Shown here: piece by piece, positions 1 to 8,382 of the stretch
Position numbering within the stretch: position 1 is the first letter of the stretch
Layout of the letters: every line of letters starts with the position of its first letter
Translations under genes and position numbers: made by a program
NCBI GenBank assembly: GCA_964014335.1
Contig: CAXGZT010000001.1
Span: forward strand, 926 to 64,925
Direction: 5' to 3'
Length of the DNA: 64,000 bases
Origin: an uncultured Campylobacterales bacterium
GTDB taxonomy: Bacteria > Campylobacterota > Campylobacteria > Campylobacterales > Sulfurimonadaceae
Notes under the pieces: generated by a model
The model's input: the letters and a program-made list of their open reading frames with translations, nothing else
Told to the model about the DNA's origin: nothing
The model's database searches: none

Positions 1-1
1 T

Positions 2-1000
2 GTAGGTGATATTTATGCGCAAGGTCACATTAAAGAGTATTACAGAGCTGAAGAAGAGCTTGGTACAATGTCAGCTATCGCTGGTGCTGCAAGAGCGGGT
101 GTTCGTCTGTTTACGGCAACATCAGGACCAGGTTTACTACGTGGTTTAGAAGCAATCGTATCATGGTCAGGTCACCGTGTTCCAGCTGTACTTGGTATCT
201 TGACTCGTGTTGTTAATGCACCTTTATCAATTCAGCCAGATAATATCGAAATGGCATACATGATGCACTGTGGTGCTGTTATGCTACATGCTGAAAACCA
301 GCAAGATACATTCGACATGACACTAGCTGCATTTGCTATTACAGAAAAAGTTGACGTTTATATTCCAGTTGCAGTTGCTACAGAAGGTTTCTTCGTAACA
401 CACGCTAAGGGTTACGTAAACATGACTTCGGAAGATCTGGCTCTAAACGATTTCGATCCAATTGCAGCTCCGGTTCCGGCTATGGATAATGAAACTCCAC
501 CAGCTAGAATCCAGCGTGATGCTCCGGTTCAAAAGTCAAACTTCATGTCTTACCTGATTCACTCAGTATGGCAACAAGAGATCTGGGATTCAAACAAGCG
601 TGCAATGAAATATATCTATGAGTACCTTGGTGGACCGATCGAAGTTCAAAACCCTGAAGCTGATATATTCGTTGTTGCTTCTGGTTGTGCGGCTGCTCAA
701 GCTCGTGAAGCATGGAGATATGCTCAAGAAGATGGTTTAAGTGTTGGTCTTATCAAAGTAAGAGCAATCAGACCATTCCCAATTGACGAAATCAGAGAAG
801 CTGCTAAAAATGCTAAGGCACTAATCGTTCCTGAGCACAACATTATCGGTTGGTTATCTAAAGAAGTTAAAGCAGCTATTCCAAACGGTGGAATTGTTGT
901 AGAAGGTCCAAGAGTATACGGTGGTATGACACTTCCAGTTGAGTTGATTATGAAAGAAATTCACACGTCTCTTGGCTTAGAGTACGATTTAAAATTATAA
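2..1000 (+). CDS. 2-oxoacid:ferredoxin oxidoreductase alpha subunit, copy 1 (5' end outside window)
   Basis: The frame is open from base 2 with no stop. It aligns along its length with the complete alpha paralog at 15631-16830 (TSGPGLLRGLE/TSGPGTLRAME, SIQPDNIEMAYM/TIQPDNLEVSYM, IRPFP, GPRVYGGM/GPRVAGGM). Beta, gamma and delta genes follow. Confidence 0.9.
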   Translation, partial: VGDIYAQGHIKEYYRAEEELGTMSAIAGAARAGVRLFTATSGPGLLRGLEAIVSWSGHRVPAVLGILTRVVNAPLSIQPDNIEMAYMMHCGAVMLHAENQQDTFDMTLAAFAITEKVDVYIPVAVATEGFFVTHAKGYVNMTSEDLALNDFDPIAAPVPAMDNETPPARIQRDAPVQKSNFMSYLIHSVWQQEIWDSNKRAMKYIYEYLGGPIEVQNPEADIFVVASGCAAAQAREAWRYAQEDGLSVGLIKVRAIRPFPIDEIREAAKNAKALIVPEHNIIGWLSKEVKAAIPNGGIVVEGPRVYGGMTLPVELIMKEIHTSLGLEYDLKL

Positions 1001-1013
1001 AGAAGGGTATATT

Positions 1014-1910
1014 ATGAGCTTAAAATATATAACTCCGGCAGAGAGATTTAAAAAATATCTACCAAAAGATTATGTAGAACTAGTTGACTACGGTCCGTTC
1101 GGAAAGACTCAAGATGAAGCTGGTCCAGGTAACATGGGTCAATTCAAAGAGTTAATGGAAGAACACCCGATGTGTTCTGGTTGTTGGATGGCATACTATA
1201 TCAGATTGGTTTTTGCTTCACTTCCATGTCCTGAAGAGACAGTAACACTTGGTACAGCCGGTTGTGGTCGTCTTGCGATCTCTCAAGCTGCTGTTCCATT
1301 TATCTATGGTAACTACGGTGACCAAAATGCGATGGCTTCTGGTCTTACTCGTGCGTTCCGTCTACGTTTCCCGGATAAGCACAAAGACGTTATTACTATC
1401 GCCGGTGACGGTGGTACTATGGATATCGGTTTCTCTATGACTATGCACTCATGGATCCGTGGTGAAAAATTCACAACGATCATGCTTGATAACGAAGTTT
1501 ACGGAAATACTGGTGGTCAAGAGTCTGGTATGTCTCCTAAGGGTGCTATCCTTAAGATGGCTCCACTAGGTAAAAAAGGTGAGAAAATGCCTGCAACTGC
1601 ATTGGCGCAAGCTGCTGGTTGTGTGTATACGGTAAGAATGTCTCCGACAAACATCAAAAAAGCTGCAAAAATCATTCGTAGAGCGATCTTTGTTGCACGT
1701 GAAGTTGGTCCAACATTCATTCACGCTTATACTTCATGTAACATCGAATACTCTATCCCTACTGAGGATGTATTCGCAGATGCAAAAGAGAAAGAGAAAA
1801 CTCGTTTTCAGTTCGAAGAGTACATGACTGATGAAGCTAAAGCAGTAATCGAACGCGTTGAAGCTGAAGAAAAAGCAGCGAAAAGAACTAAAAAAGCAGA
1901 GGCGGTTTAA
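1014..1910 (+). CDS. 2-oxoacid:ferredoxin oxidoreductase beta (TPP-binding) subunit, copy 1
   Basis: TPP motif GDGGTMDIG...NEVYGNTGGQ and N-terminal Cys cluster (CSGC). Paralog of 16832-17701. SD-like AAGGG lies upstream of the ATG. Confidence 0.92.
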   Translation: MSLKYITPAERFKKYLPKDYVELVDYGPFGKTQDEAGPGNMGQFKELMEEHPMCSGCWMAYYIRLVFASLPCPEETVTLGTAGCGRLAISQAAVPFIYGNYGDQNAMASGLTRAFRLRFPDKHKDVITIAGDGGTMDIGFSMTMHSWIRGEKFTTIMLDNEVYGNTGGQESGMSPKGAILKMAPLGKKGEKMPATALAQAAGCVYTVRMSPTNIKKAAKIIRRAIFVAREVGPTFIHAYTSCNIEYSIPTEDVFADAKEKEKTRFQFEEYMTDEAKAVIERVEAEEKAAKRTKKAEAV

Positions 1911-1911
1911 T

Positions 1912-2622
1912 ATGGCTGAGAATACTAAGAAAGAAAGATATAATATTAGAATCTCCGGACTAGGTGGACAGGGTGTTGTTACCACTGCCCACATCCTTGG
2001 TTCTACTATGGATAACGCAGGTAAATATGCATCTTTGGTACCATTCTTTGGTTCTGAAAAACGTATGGCACCGGTTGAAGCGTATGTTAGAGCTTCTAAT
2101 CAACCAATCTACGAAGTAGGTGAAGTTGTTTACCCGGATATCATTATGATCTACCACTCACAGGTTGTTACACACGGTAAATCATACACTATGCCTTTTT
2201 ACACGGGTCTAAAACCAAACAGCTTGATCATTATCAATACTGATCATGATGTTCTTAATGAAGACGATATTAAAGTTCTTAATGATCTAAATGCGACGGT
2301 TGTACAATTTGATGCGACAGGTCTAGCAATGAAAATTGCCGGTACTGAACTTGCGACAAATATGGCGATGATGGGTATGCTTCTTGGTCTTACAAAACTT
2401 GTAAATACTGATAATATCGAAGCAGCGGTAAAAGAGCGTTTCCTAGGAACTTCTTTTGTTGCTTCTGGTGGTACAGCTGCTCTGGATTCTGCAATCGAGA
2501 AAAAGTTTAAGAAAAAAGAAGAGCTGCTTGCTAAAAATATGGAAGTTATCAACAAAACTTTCGAAATGGCTGATTCTGTAGATATCACTGGATCTGACCT
2601 AATCGTCAAATTCGACATATAG
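1912..2622 (+). CDS. 2-oxoacid:ferredoxin oxidoreductase gamma subunit, copy 1
   Basis: GLGGQGVV motif and AGTELATNMAMMG. Paralog of 17701-18402. I place the start at ATG 1912 (MAENTKK), right after the beta stop at 1910, rather than at ORF-track 1858, which lies inside beta. Confidence 0.9.
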   Translation: MAENTKKERYNIRISGLGGQGVVTTAHILGSTMDNAGKYASLVPFFGSEKRMAPVEAYVRASNQPIYEVGEVVYPDIIMIYHSQVVTHGKSYTMPFYTGLKPNSLIIINTDHDVLNEDDIKVLNDLNATVVQFDATGLAMKIAGTELATNMAMMGMLLGLTKLVNTDNIEAAVKERFLGTSFVASGGTAALDSAIEKKFKKKEELLAKNMEVINKTFEMADSVDITGSDLIVKFDI

Positions 2623-2632
2623 GGAGAAATAA

Positions 2633-2857
2633 ATGTATTATGTAGCAAAAGTAGATGCAGCTAAATGTGCTGAGTACAAGTGTAATACTTGTACACTATA
2701 TTGTCCAGAAGCGAATACGCTTATGTTCGACAAAGATCGTAACACATCATGGGTAGATGAAGATAGATGTAAAGGGTGTGCACTTTGTGTATACGTTTGT
2801 ACTGACATGCTTGATCGTAACTGTATTACAATGGAAATGGCTGGTCACGAAGACTAA
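2633..2857 (+). CDS. OFOR delta subunit (2x[4Fe-4S] ferredoxin-like), copy 1
   Basis: 74 aa with CNTCTLYCP and CKGCALCVYVC cluster motifs. 71/74 aa identical to 14765-14989. Confidence 0.9.
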   Translation: MYYVAKVDAAKCAEYKCNTCTLYCPEANTLMFDKDRNTSWVDEDRCKGCALCVYVCTDMLDRNCITMEMAGHED

Positions 2858-2872
2858 TATTTTCAAGACCTT

Positions 2873-2892
2873 AGTCACCCTCCTGGGTGGCT
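2873..2892 (+). terminator. Hairpin after OFOR operon 1
   Basis: AGTCACCC-tcct-GGGTGGCT, an 8-bp stem with one G-U pair, 16 nt after the delta stop. No clear U-tract. Confidence 0.4.
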
Positions 2893-3113
2893 GGGCCAAA
2901 TGGTGTTTCCTGACATCATTTCAACAACATTATCTGCACTTTCATATAAAAATTTCACATTAATCATAGTAAAAGTTTTCTGCCACTTCACTTTAAATTA
3001 AAACACCTTTAAAATAAGCCTGTGCTATACAGAGTATTACTTTAACTGTTTTTCAACAAGTTAATTTTAGACAATAATGATAAAATTACGCAATTAAAAC
3101 CAAAAGGATTGTA

Positions 3114-4370
3114 GTGAAAGTTACAGTAGAAAAAGTAGATGATATAAACTTCATTATGAGCGGTACAGTTGAAAACAGCGTGATTGAAGAAAAGGTTGCA
3201 AAACTTAAAGCTGAAGCAAAAAAAGCAGAGAAGAAAGACGAATCTGCGGATGAAAACCTTGAGCAGGATGCGGCTGGGCAAGTGTTTCAAGACTTCATAA
3301 ATGCCGGGATCAAAGAAGCTAATTTAGACGTTGAAAATATTTTGGGCCAACCCGGACTTAAGAAATATGAGCAACAAGACGATTGTATTTATTTTGAAGT
3401 AGACGTCGCGATTAGCCCTGAGATCAATGTTGATATCGATTATAACGAGATCGCTCCCGCTTATACAAAACCTACTGCCAGTCCTGAAGCGGTAGAAGCC
3501 AAACTTGCTGAATTCGCTCAAAAGCAAGCACCATTTACAAAACTTGAACAACCAAAGGCAATTGAAAACGGCGATGTTGCTGTTATCGATTTTACGGGCT
3601 TCATTGACGGCAAAGTTTTTGAAGGCGGCAGCGCTGACAAGTTTAATATCAAAGTCGGTTCCCAGCAGTTCATTCCTGGCTTTGAAGAGCAACTTGTAGG
3701 AATGGAATATGGCGAACAGAGAGATGTCATCGTAAGCTTTCCAAAAGACTATTCAGCCGAAGATTTAGCGGGTAAAGAAGCCAAGTTTGTGGTAAAACTT
3801 CATGAAATTCAAGAACAGCGTGCCGAGACTATAGATGACGCTTTTGCACAAAAAGTATTAAATAATAAAACAGCTACGCTTGATACACTGAAGAAACAGT
3901 TTGCAGAACAGGTAACGGCCGAAGAGCTATCGCAAATTTATATGCGTGACATTAAACCAAAGCTTGTCGAAAACCTGCTCGCAAAATTTGACTTTACCTT
4001 GCCGAATAATATCGTCGAACAAGAGATAGACGCAAAGGTCCGTGAAAAGACAAGAGGGTTCACTGAAGAGCAACACAAGTCTTATATGGAAGATAAGGGT
4101 AAATTCAAGGAGCTTAGAGAGTCTGTACGCGATGAAGCAAGAAAAAGCATCAAAATGGCACTTATTGTCGAAGCCCTAGCCAAGAAAGAGGGTATTGATG
4201 TACATGAACAAGAGGTAATAGCGGCCCTAGGTTACCAGGCTACGATGACCGGCCAAGACCCTCAGGCACTGGTTAAATACTACCAGGACAACAACTTGAT
4301 GACATCAGCAAAAATGGGACTCACAGAAGATAAACTTTTCGGACATATACTCGGGTTTCATAAGGCGTAA
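3114..4370 (+). CDS. tig: Trigger factor
   Basis: FKBP-type PPIase core (GDVAVIDFTGFIDGKVFEGG...QFIPGFEEQLVGM) flanked by N- and C-terminal trigger-factor-like domains. Apparent GTG start. Confidence 0.9.
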   Translation: MKVTVEKVDDINFIMSGTVENSVIEEKVAKLKAEAKKAEKKDESADENLEQDAAGQVFQDFINAGIKEANLDVENILGQPGLKKYEQQDDCIYFEVDVAISPEINVDIDYNEIAPAYTKPTASPEAVEAKLAEFAQKQAPFTKLEQPKAIENGDVAVIDFTGFIDGKVFEGGSADKFNIKVGSQQFIPGFEEQLVGMEYGEQRDVIVSFPKDYSAEDLAGKEAKFVVKLHEIQEQRAETIDDAFAQKVLNNKTATLDTLKKQFAEQVTAEELSQIYMRDIKPKLVENLLAKFDFTLPNNIVEQEIDAKVREKTRGFTEEQHKSYMEDKGKFKELRESVRDEARKSIKMALIVEALAKKEGIDVHEQEVIAALGYQATMTGQDPQALVKYYQDNNLMTSAKMGLTEDKLFGHILGFHKA

Positions 4371-4377
4371 GGGAACC

Positions 4378-5052
4378 TTGCTACTTATGAATGAGGAAGA
4401 GAATAACTGGATCCAAACGCTTTGGGACTGGGCAGATGAACACTCTGTTTCAGATTTGGAGTGGATAGAGCACGACTCTTATTTAAAGGGCGGTTATTTC
4501 AGAGGACTGCCGCGGGAGAAAGAGGCCTTAGTCAATCTGACCGAACTGAACCTTCTTGGTAGTCAACTCCCATACCTACCCCCAGAGATTGGGAATCTAA
4601 AAAATTTAAGAAAGCTCTATCTTTTAGGGAATCAATTATCAGAACTTCCAGCCGAAATAGGCAATCTGATTCATTTGGAAGAGCTTTATGCCGCCGGAAA
4701 CAGCTTAAAGCAGTTGCCGGTGCAAATCGGTTCTCTGAACAGTCTAAAGCTTCTCCTGCTGCAGGAAAATGATCTTACCGAACTTCCCAAAGAGATCGGG
4801 AAATTACAAAAGCTAGACACATTAGAGCTGGGAAAAAACCGGCTTACATCCCTGCCAACAGAGATAGGACAACTACACAATCTGACCAAATTAACACTAT
4901 GGAAGAATGCACTCACATCACTTCCTAAAGAGATAGAAAGCCTTAAAAATTTAAAACTGCTTGATTGCATCTATAATAAGATCGCGTTAACGCAAGATAA
5001 TGTTCAATGGCTAGAAGAGTTGGTTTCCAAAGAGTGTTCCGTCACCCTGTAA
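4378..5052 (+). CDS. Leucine-rich repeat protein
   Basis: About 7 tandem 23-aa LRRs (LxxLPxEIGxLxxLxxLxLxxNxL). The start could be TTG 4378 or ATG 4387. Confidence 0.75.
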   Translation: MLLMNEEENNWIQTLWDWADEHSVSDLEWIEHDSYLKGGYFRGLPREKEALVNLTELNLLGSQLPYLPPEIGNLKNLRKLYLLGNQLSELPAEIGNLIHLEELYAAGNSLKQLPVQIGSLNSLKLLLLQENDLTELPKEIGKLQKLDTLELGKNRLTSLPTEIGQLHNLTKLTLWKNALTSLPKEIESLKNLKLLDCIYNKIALTQDNVQWLEELVSKECSVTL

Positions 5053-5210
5053 GAAGCACTCTACCGTTTAATAAGGGGCATAACCGATCTTTGATTACGT
5101 GTATCAAAGCACTTGATATAGCTCGTGATAGATTGAATGCAGATAATTCCTTTAAAATATAAAGACTGGTTTCTTATGTTCCATGACTGCACTCCAGTCT
5201 ACCTGAGAAT

Positions 5211-5495
5211 TTAGCACCCGCAAGATGTTCCACAGCCTGAGTCGGAACTTTCCGTACTGCAACTTCCTGTACTGCAGCTTCCAGCATTGGGGTTCTCAAC
5301 CACCCTAATAGCAAACTCATGATCACCGACTCTTTGTGGAACAAATAGATGTGCTGTACAAAAATCTTCGTTCATAAATTCTGCCGCGATGTTTGTATAG
5401 TTATATGCATCTTGTTGATTTTCAAATGTTTTTTCACTCGCATATTCACTTCTTTTAAAACATGCACATTCGTGTTCCATTTTTACTGTATACAT
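5211..5495 (-). CDS. Small Cys/His protein (CxCFK...FCxxH) with Cys-rich tail; paralog of 8041-8361
   Basis: I place the start at ATG 5495 (MYTVKMEHECACFK), preceded by AGAAGGA, because the paralog starts MYKIEMEKECSCFK. C10, C12, C46 and H49 are conserved. The C-terminus is SCSTGSCSTESSDSGCGTSCGC. Confidence 0.6.
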   Translation of the reverse strand: MYTVKMEHECACFKRSEYASEKTFENQQDAYNYTNIAAEFMNEDFCTAHLFVPQRVGDHEFAIRVVENPNAGSCSTGSCSTESSDSGCGTSCGC

Positions 5496-5675
5496 AAATT
5501 TCCTTCTATTAATCATTTGTGGAAGTATAGTCATGATAACTGAAACCGGAGGAGTGTTTAAAGAGCGTTGTTTTTTTATAATAAAAAAATTATTTTCCGC
5601 TTCTTGACTCCTGTCAATAAAGAAGGGCCTCTTTGAAGCTATAATTTATTCATCAGATCTTGTCGAGGAGATGGA

Positions 5676-6077
5676 ATGTTAATGAAAATAGGTGACGTAC
5701 AGCAAGTATCAAATGCAATGATGAATATGCTGCATGAAGAAGAGATAGGGATAATCAATGATTTTCATGATGCGGTAATAGCAAGAGATATAGAGAAAAT
5801 TGATGAGCTTTTCAAGGTTGTTTTATTTGATGTAGAGGATCACTTTAGGACTGAAGAGGAGATGATGGAACAGAGTAAGTTTTATGCCATGCAGATGCAT
5901 AAGTCTGAGCATGATACGATGCGAAAAAAGTTATATGACCTGCACGAAAGATGGGAACTGCTTAAAAGTCCAAAAGAGGTGCAAGAATTTCTAGAAGAGG
6001 AGTTTAAACGTTGGATCACTTTACATATATCAAGATGGGATTCGGAAACGGCAATGCATCTTGGTGATACAAATTAA
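5676..6077 (+). CDS. Hemerythrin-like metal-binding protein
   Basis: Bacteriohemerythrin His/Glu pattern (H..E near N-terminus, EDHFRTEEEMM, HKSEHDTM, C-terminal H...D). GAGGAG SD lies 5 nt upstream. Confidence 0.8.
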   Translation: MLMKIGDVQQVSNAMMNMLHEEEIGIINDFHDAVIARDIEKIDELFKVVLFDVEDHFRTEEEMMEQSKFYAMQMHKSEHDTMRKKLYDLHERWELLKSPKEVQEFLEEEFKRWITLHISRWDSETAMHLGDTN

Positions 6078-6174
6078 AAGTGCTTTAGGTAAACTTTGGG
6101 AGTTTTCTCAAAGAGAATGCAGTATCTATTCCCACAAAAACTGTGAGAATAAGAAATAAGGAAGTACTCAAAAG

Positions 6175-7485
6175 TTAGTTGAGTGCTTGCTCATCATTTT
6201 TGAATTTTTGGAAGTATTTACTAACAATCGTTCCAGTTTGCATATTCTCAATTTTTGAGAAGATAACATAACTAATGATACCGTGGATAACGAGAACAAT
6301 AATTAGTCCTTCAAAGATACCAACCTTAAATACTAACCCGGCACAGACGGTTGCAAGCAGTACAGCATAAGGTCCAAATTCTGCAGTGTGTAACAGACCT
6401 AAGAACATTTTAATACCAACAAACGACATAATAATTGCCAATGCAAAGTACGGTAAATAGTGTAAGTATTGAGAGTTTAATACAAAGAATGTAATTAGTA
6501 CACCAATCACCAATACCGATAGTTTAGTATACGCACCTGCAAGACGGTTTGTTGATGATTTTGCTAATCCATCAAGGTTTGTCATACCACCAAAGAAGCT
6601 GGCACCCATGTTTGATACCCAGATTGATAATAGTGAGTTGTTTGAATTAGATGGACGTTTTAATGGATCGATTTTTTCGATTGCTGCATTACTCATAACT
6701 TGTTCAATAACATCAACCACAGCCAGCATCAACGAGAAGAAGATTGCATAAACCCATAAACCTACTGAATCAAAATCAGGGATTGGCAATGCAAGAGCGA
6801 ACTCAACATCTTTTACATCAAGCATCTTTACATCAACAAATAAAGAAGCCACGATACCATAGACAATCAAAGTAAAATACGGTAACGCTGGTTTTGTATC
6901 TTTAAACATTTTAAATAAAACAAGAAAAAGAATTGTACCGACTATTGACAGTGCAATGATTTGGATACGAGCATCGCTAAAAAACTCTTCACCTACAGCC
7001 ATACCGGCTGGTAACATCCATAAGAAAGGTAAGAATTTAAGAGCAATTTTTAAACCGATACCAGCCAATAAGCCTTCAACCAAGTACGATGGAACAGCCA
7101 TTAAAAGATAGCGTTGCCAGTTAAATTTCCATATGATTGCTTGAAATGTTGCCGTCATAAAAATAATAAAGGCCATGTTTTCCATTCCGAATTTTGCAAC
7201 CCCCATCGCAAGAATTGGGGCTAAACCTGCTGCAATTCCGGGAGCACCTATATAGTTACCTGGACGGAATAGAGCAAATATGAATGCTATGAAGGATGCA
7301 AAAGCAACTGTTGCAAGTCCTACTTGAATTGGATAATCTGACATCAAGGCAATACCAATAGATAATGGGATTGCCATGGTTGCCGTAATGACACCAGCTG
7401 AGAGGTCACGAGTAGCATATTTTGCAACAAATGCTGCAGAGCCGTGATCAACGTTCTGGTTTTGTTTAGTATCTACGTTTTCCAT
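6175..7485 (-). CDS. SulP/SLC26-like anion permease lacking a STAS domain
   Basis: N-terminus RDLSAGVITATMAIPLSIGIALMS resembles the SulP signature, and roughly 11-12 hydrophobic segments follow. At 436 aa the protein ends without a cytoplasmic STAS region. The family call comes from motif recognition only. Confidence 0.55.
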   Translation of the reverse strand: MENVDTKQNQNVDHGSAAFVAKYATRDLSAGVITATMAIPLSIGIALMSDYPIQVGLATVAFASFIAFIFALFRPGNYIGAPGIAAGLAPILAMGVAKFGMENMAFIIFMTATFQAIIWKFNWQRYLLMAVPSYLVEGLLAGIGLKIALKFLPFLWMLPAGMAVGEEFFSDARIQIIALSIVGTILFLVLFKMFKDTKPALPYFTLIVYGIVASLFVDVKMLDVKDVEFALALPIPDFDSVGLWVYAIFFSLMLAVVDVIEQVMSNAAIEKIDPLKRPSNSNNSLLSIWVSNMGASFFGGMTNLDGLAKSSTNRLAGAYTKLSVLVIGVLITFFVLNSQYLHYLPYFALAIIMSFVGIKMFLGLLHTAEFGPYAVLLATVCAGLVFKVGIFEGLIIVLVIHGIISYVIFSKIENMQTGTIVSKYFQKFKNDEQALN

Positions 7486-7963
7486 GTTTTACTACACCTT
7501 TGTAATGTTATTTTATCTTTCACTCAAAAGGCCCGACACTGAGTATCGGAGTGAATGAATTGATTTTAAATTATTCACAAACTTTAGCTTGCGAGTAATT
7601 TTTATCAATGTTAGGAAATTATTCCCAAACAAACTACATAATTGTATATAGAATACTGCCTATAAAATTAAAAAAAAGGACACAAAAATATTTTTTATAT
7701 AAAGAGTTACCATATGTAAACAATTTTTTTTGTATTATCGACTAAATATATCCTATATTTTCCCAGCATTAACCCTCCAAAGGTCCTTATGATGTACCCT
7801 TATAATGCCACTAAAAGTCAAGACACAAATCTAGTTCTCTAAACTCCACCTCATTATGCTACCAGTTCAACACTTTCAAGACAAATATTCATCGGTTTTT
7901 AATAGTTGCGTGCGGAATGAATCTATTAAAATTGTAAAAATGGATCTAAGTCCCGTTTGTGTC

Positions 7964-7987
7964 TTATGATGAGGGGTTAAATCATAA
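7964..7987 (-). terminator. Hairpin downstream of the dab-like operon
   Basis: TTATGAT-N10-ATCATAA about 55 nt past the stop of 8041-8361. Confidence 0.3.
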
Positions 7988-8040
7988 AAGACAGACAGGA
8001 TGACCTCTCTTGAGTTAAAAGAATTTTCCTCTTTTGGACC

Positions 8041-8361
8041 TTAGTTTGAACCACTATCTTTTGGCGGGGCTTGAGTTCCATCAAACCCGATTGTCACCTT
8101 GCTCTTATTTACAAGCTCTCTTGCGTCTTCAATGTCTTCATCATCTTCATCATCTGCGGGTCTTTCGGTAACATGTATTACGATCTTTTCACCATAGTCT
8201 ACCGCTTCAAAGAAGTGTTTCATACAGAATTGCTGATTCATCAAGCACTCTAACACACGCGCTTTATTGATCATATCTTCTCTCGTCTCGAAGGTCATAT
8301 TATTTTCAAAGTCGCTCTTTTTAAAACAACTGCACTCTTTTTCCATCTCTATTTTATACAT
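8041..8361 (-). CDS. Small Cys/His protein (CxCFK...FCxxH) with acidic tail; last gene of dab-like operon
   Basis: AGGA SD lies 7 nt upstream, and the start is 21 nt after the DabA stop. About 35-40% identical over ~68 aa to 5211-5495, with the same conserved C, C, C, H positions. Confidence 0.65.
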   Translation of the reverse strand: MYKIEMEKECSCFKKSDFENNMTFETREDMINKARVLECLMNQQFCMKHFFEAVDYGEKIVIHVTERPADDEDDEDIEDARELVNKSKVTIGFDGTQAPPKDSGSN

Positions 8362-8382
8362 TTTTTTCCTTTAATTTTACGA

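Noticed and set aside
7820-7965. 10-bp inverted repeat AAGACACAAA / TTTGTGTCTT separated by 126 bp in the dab-SulP spacer
   Set aside because: A single 10-mer match in about 550 bp of AT-rich DNA is close to chance expectation, and it has no supporting structure or second copy.
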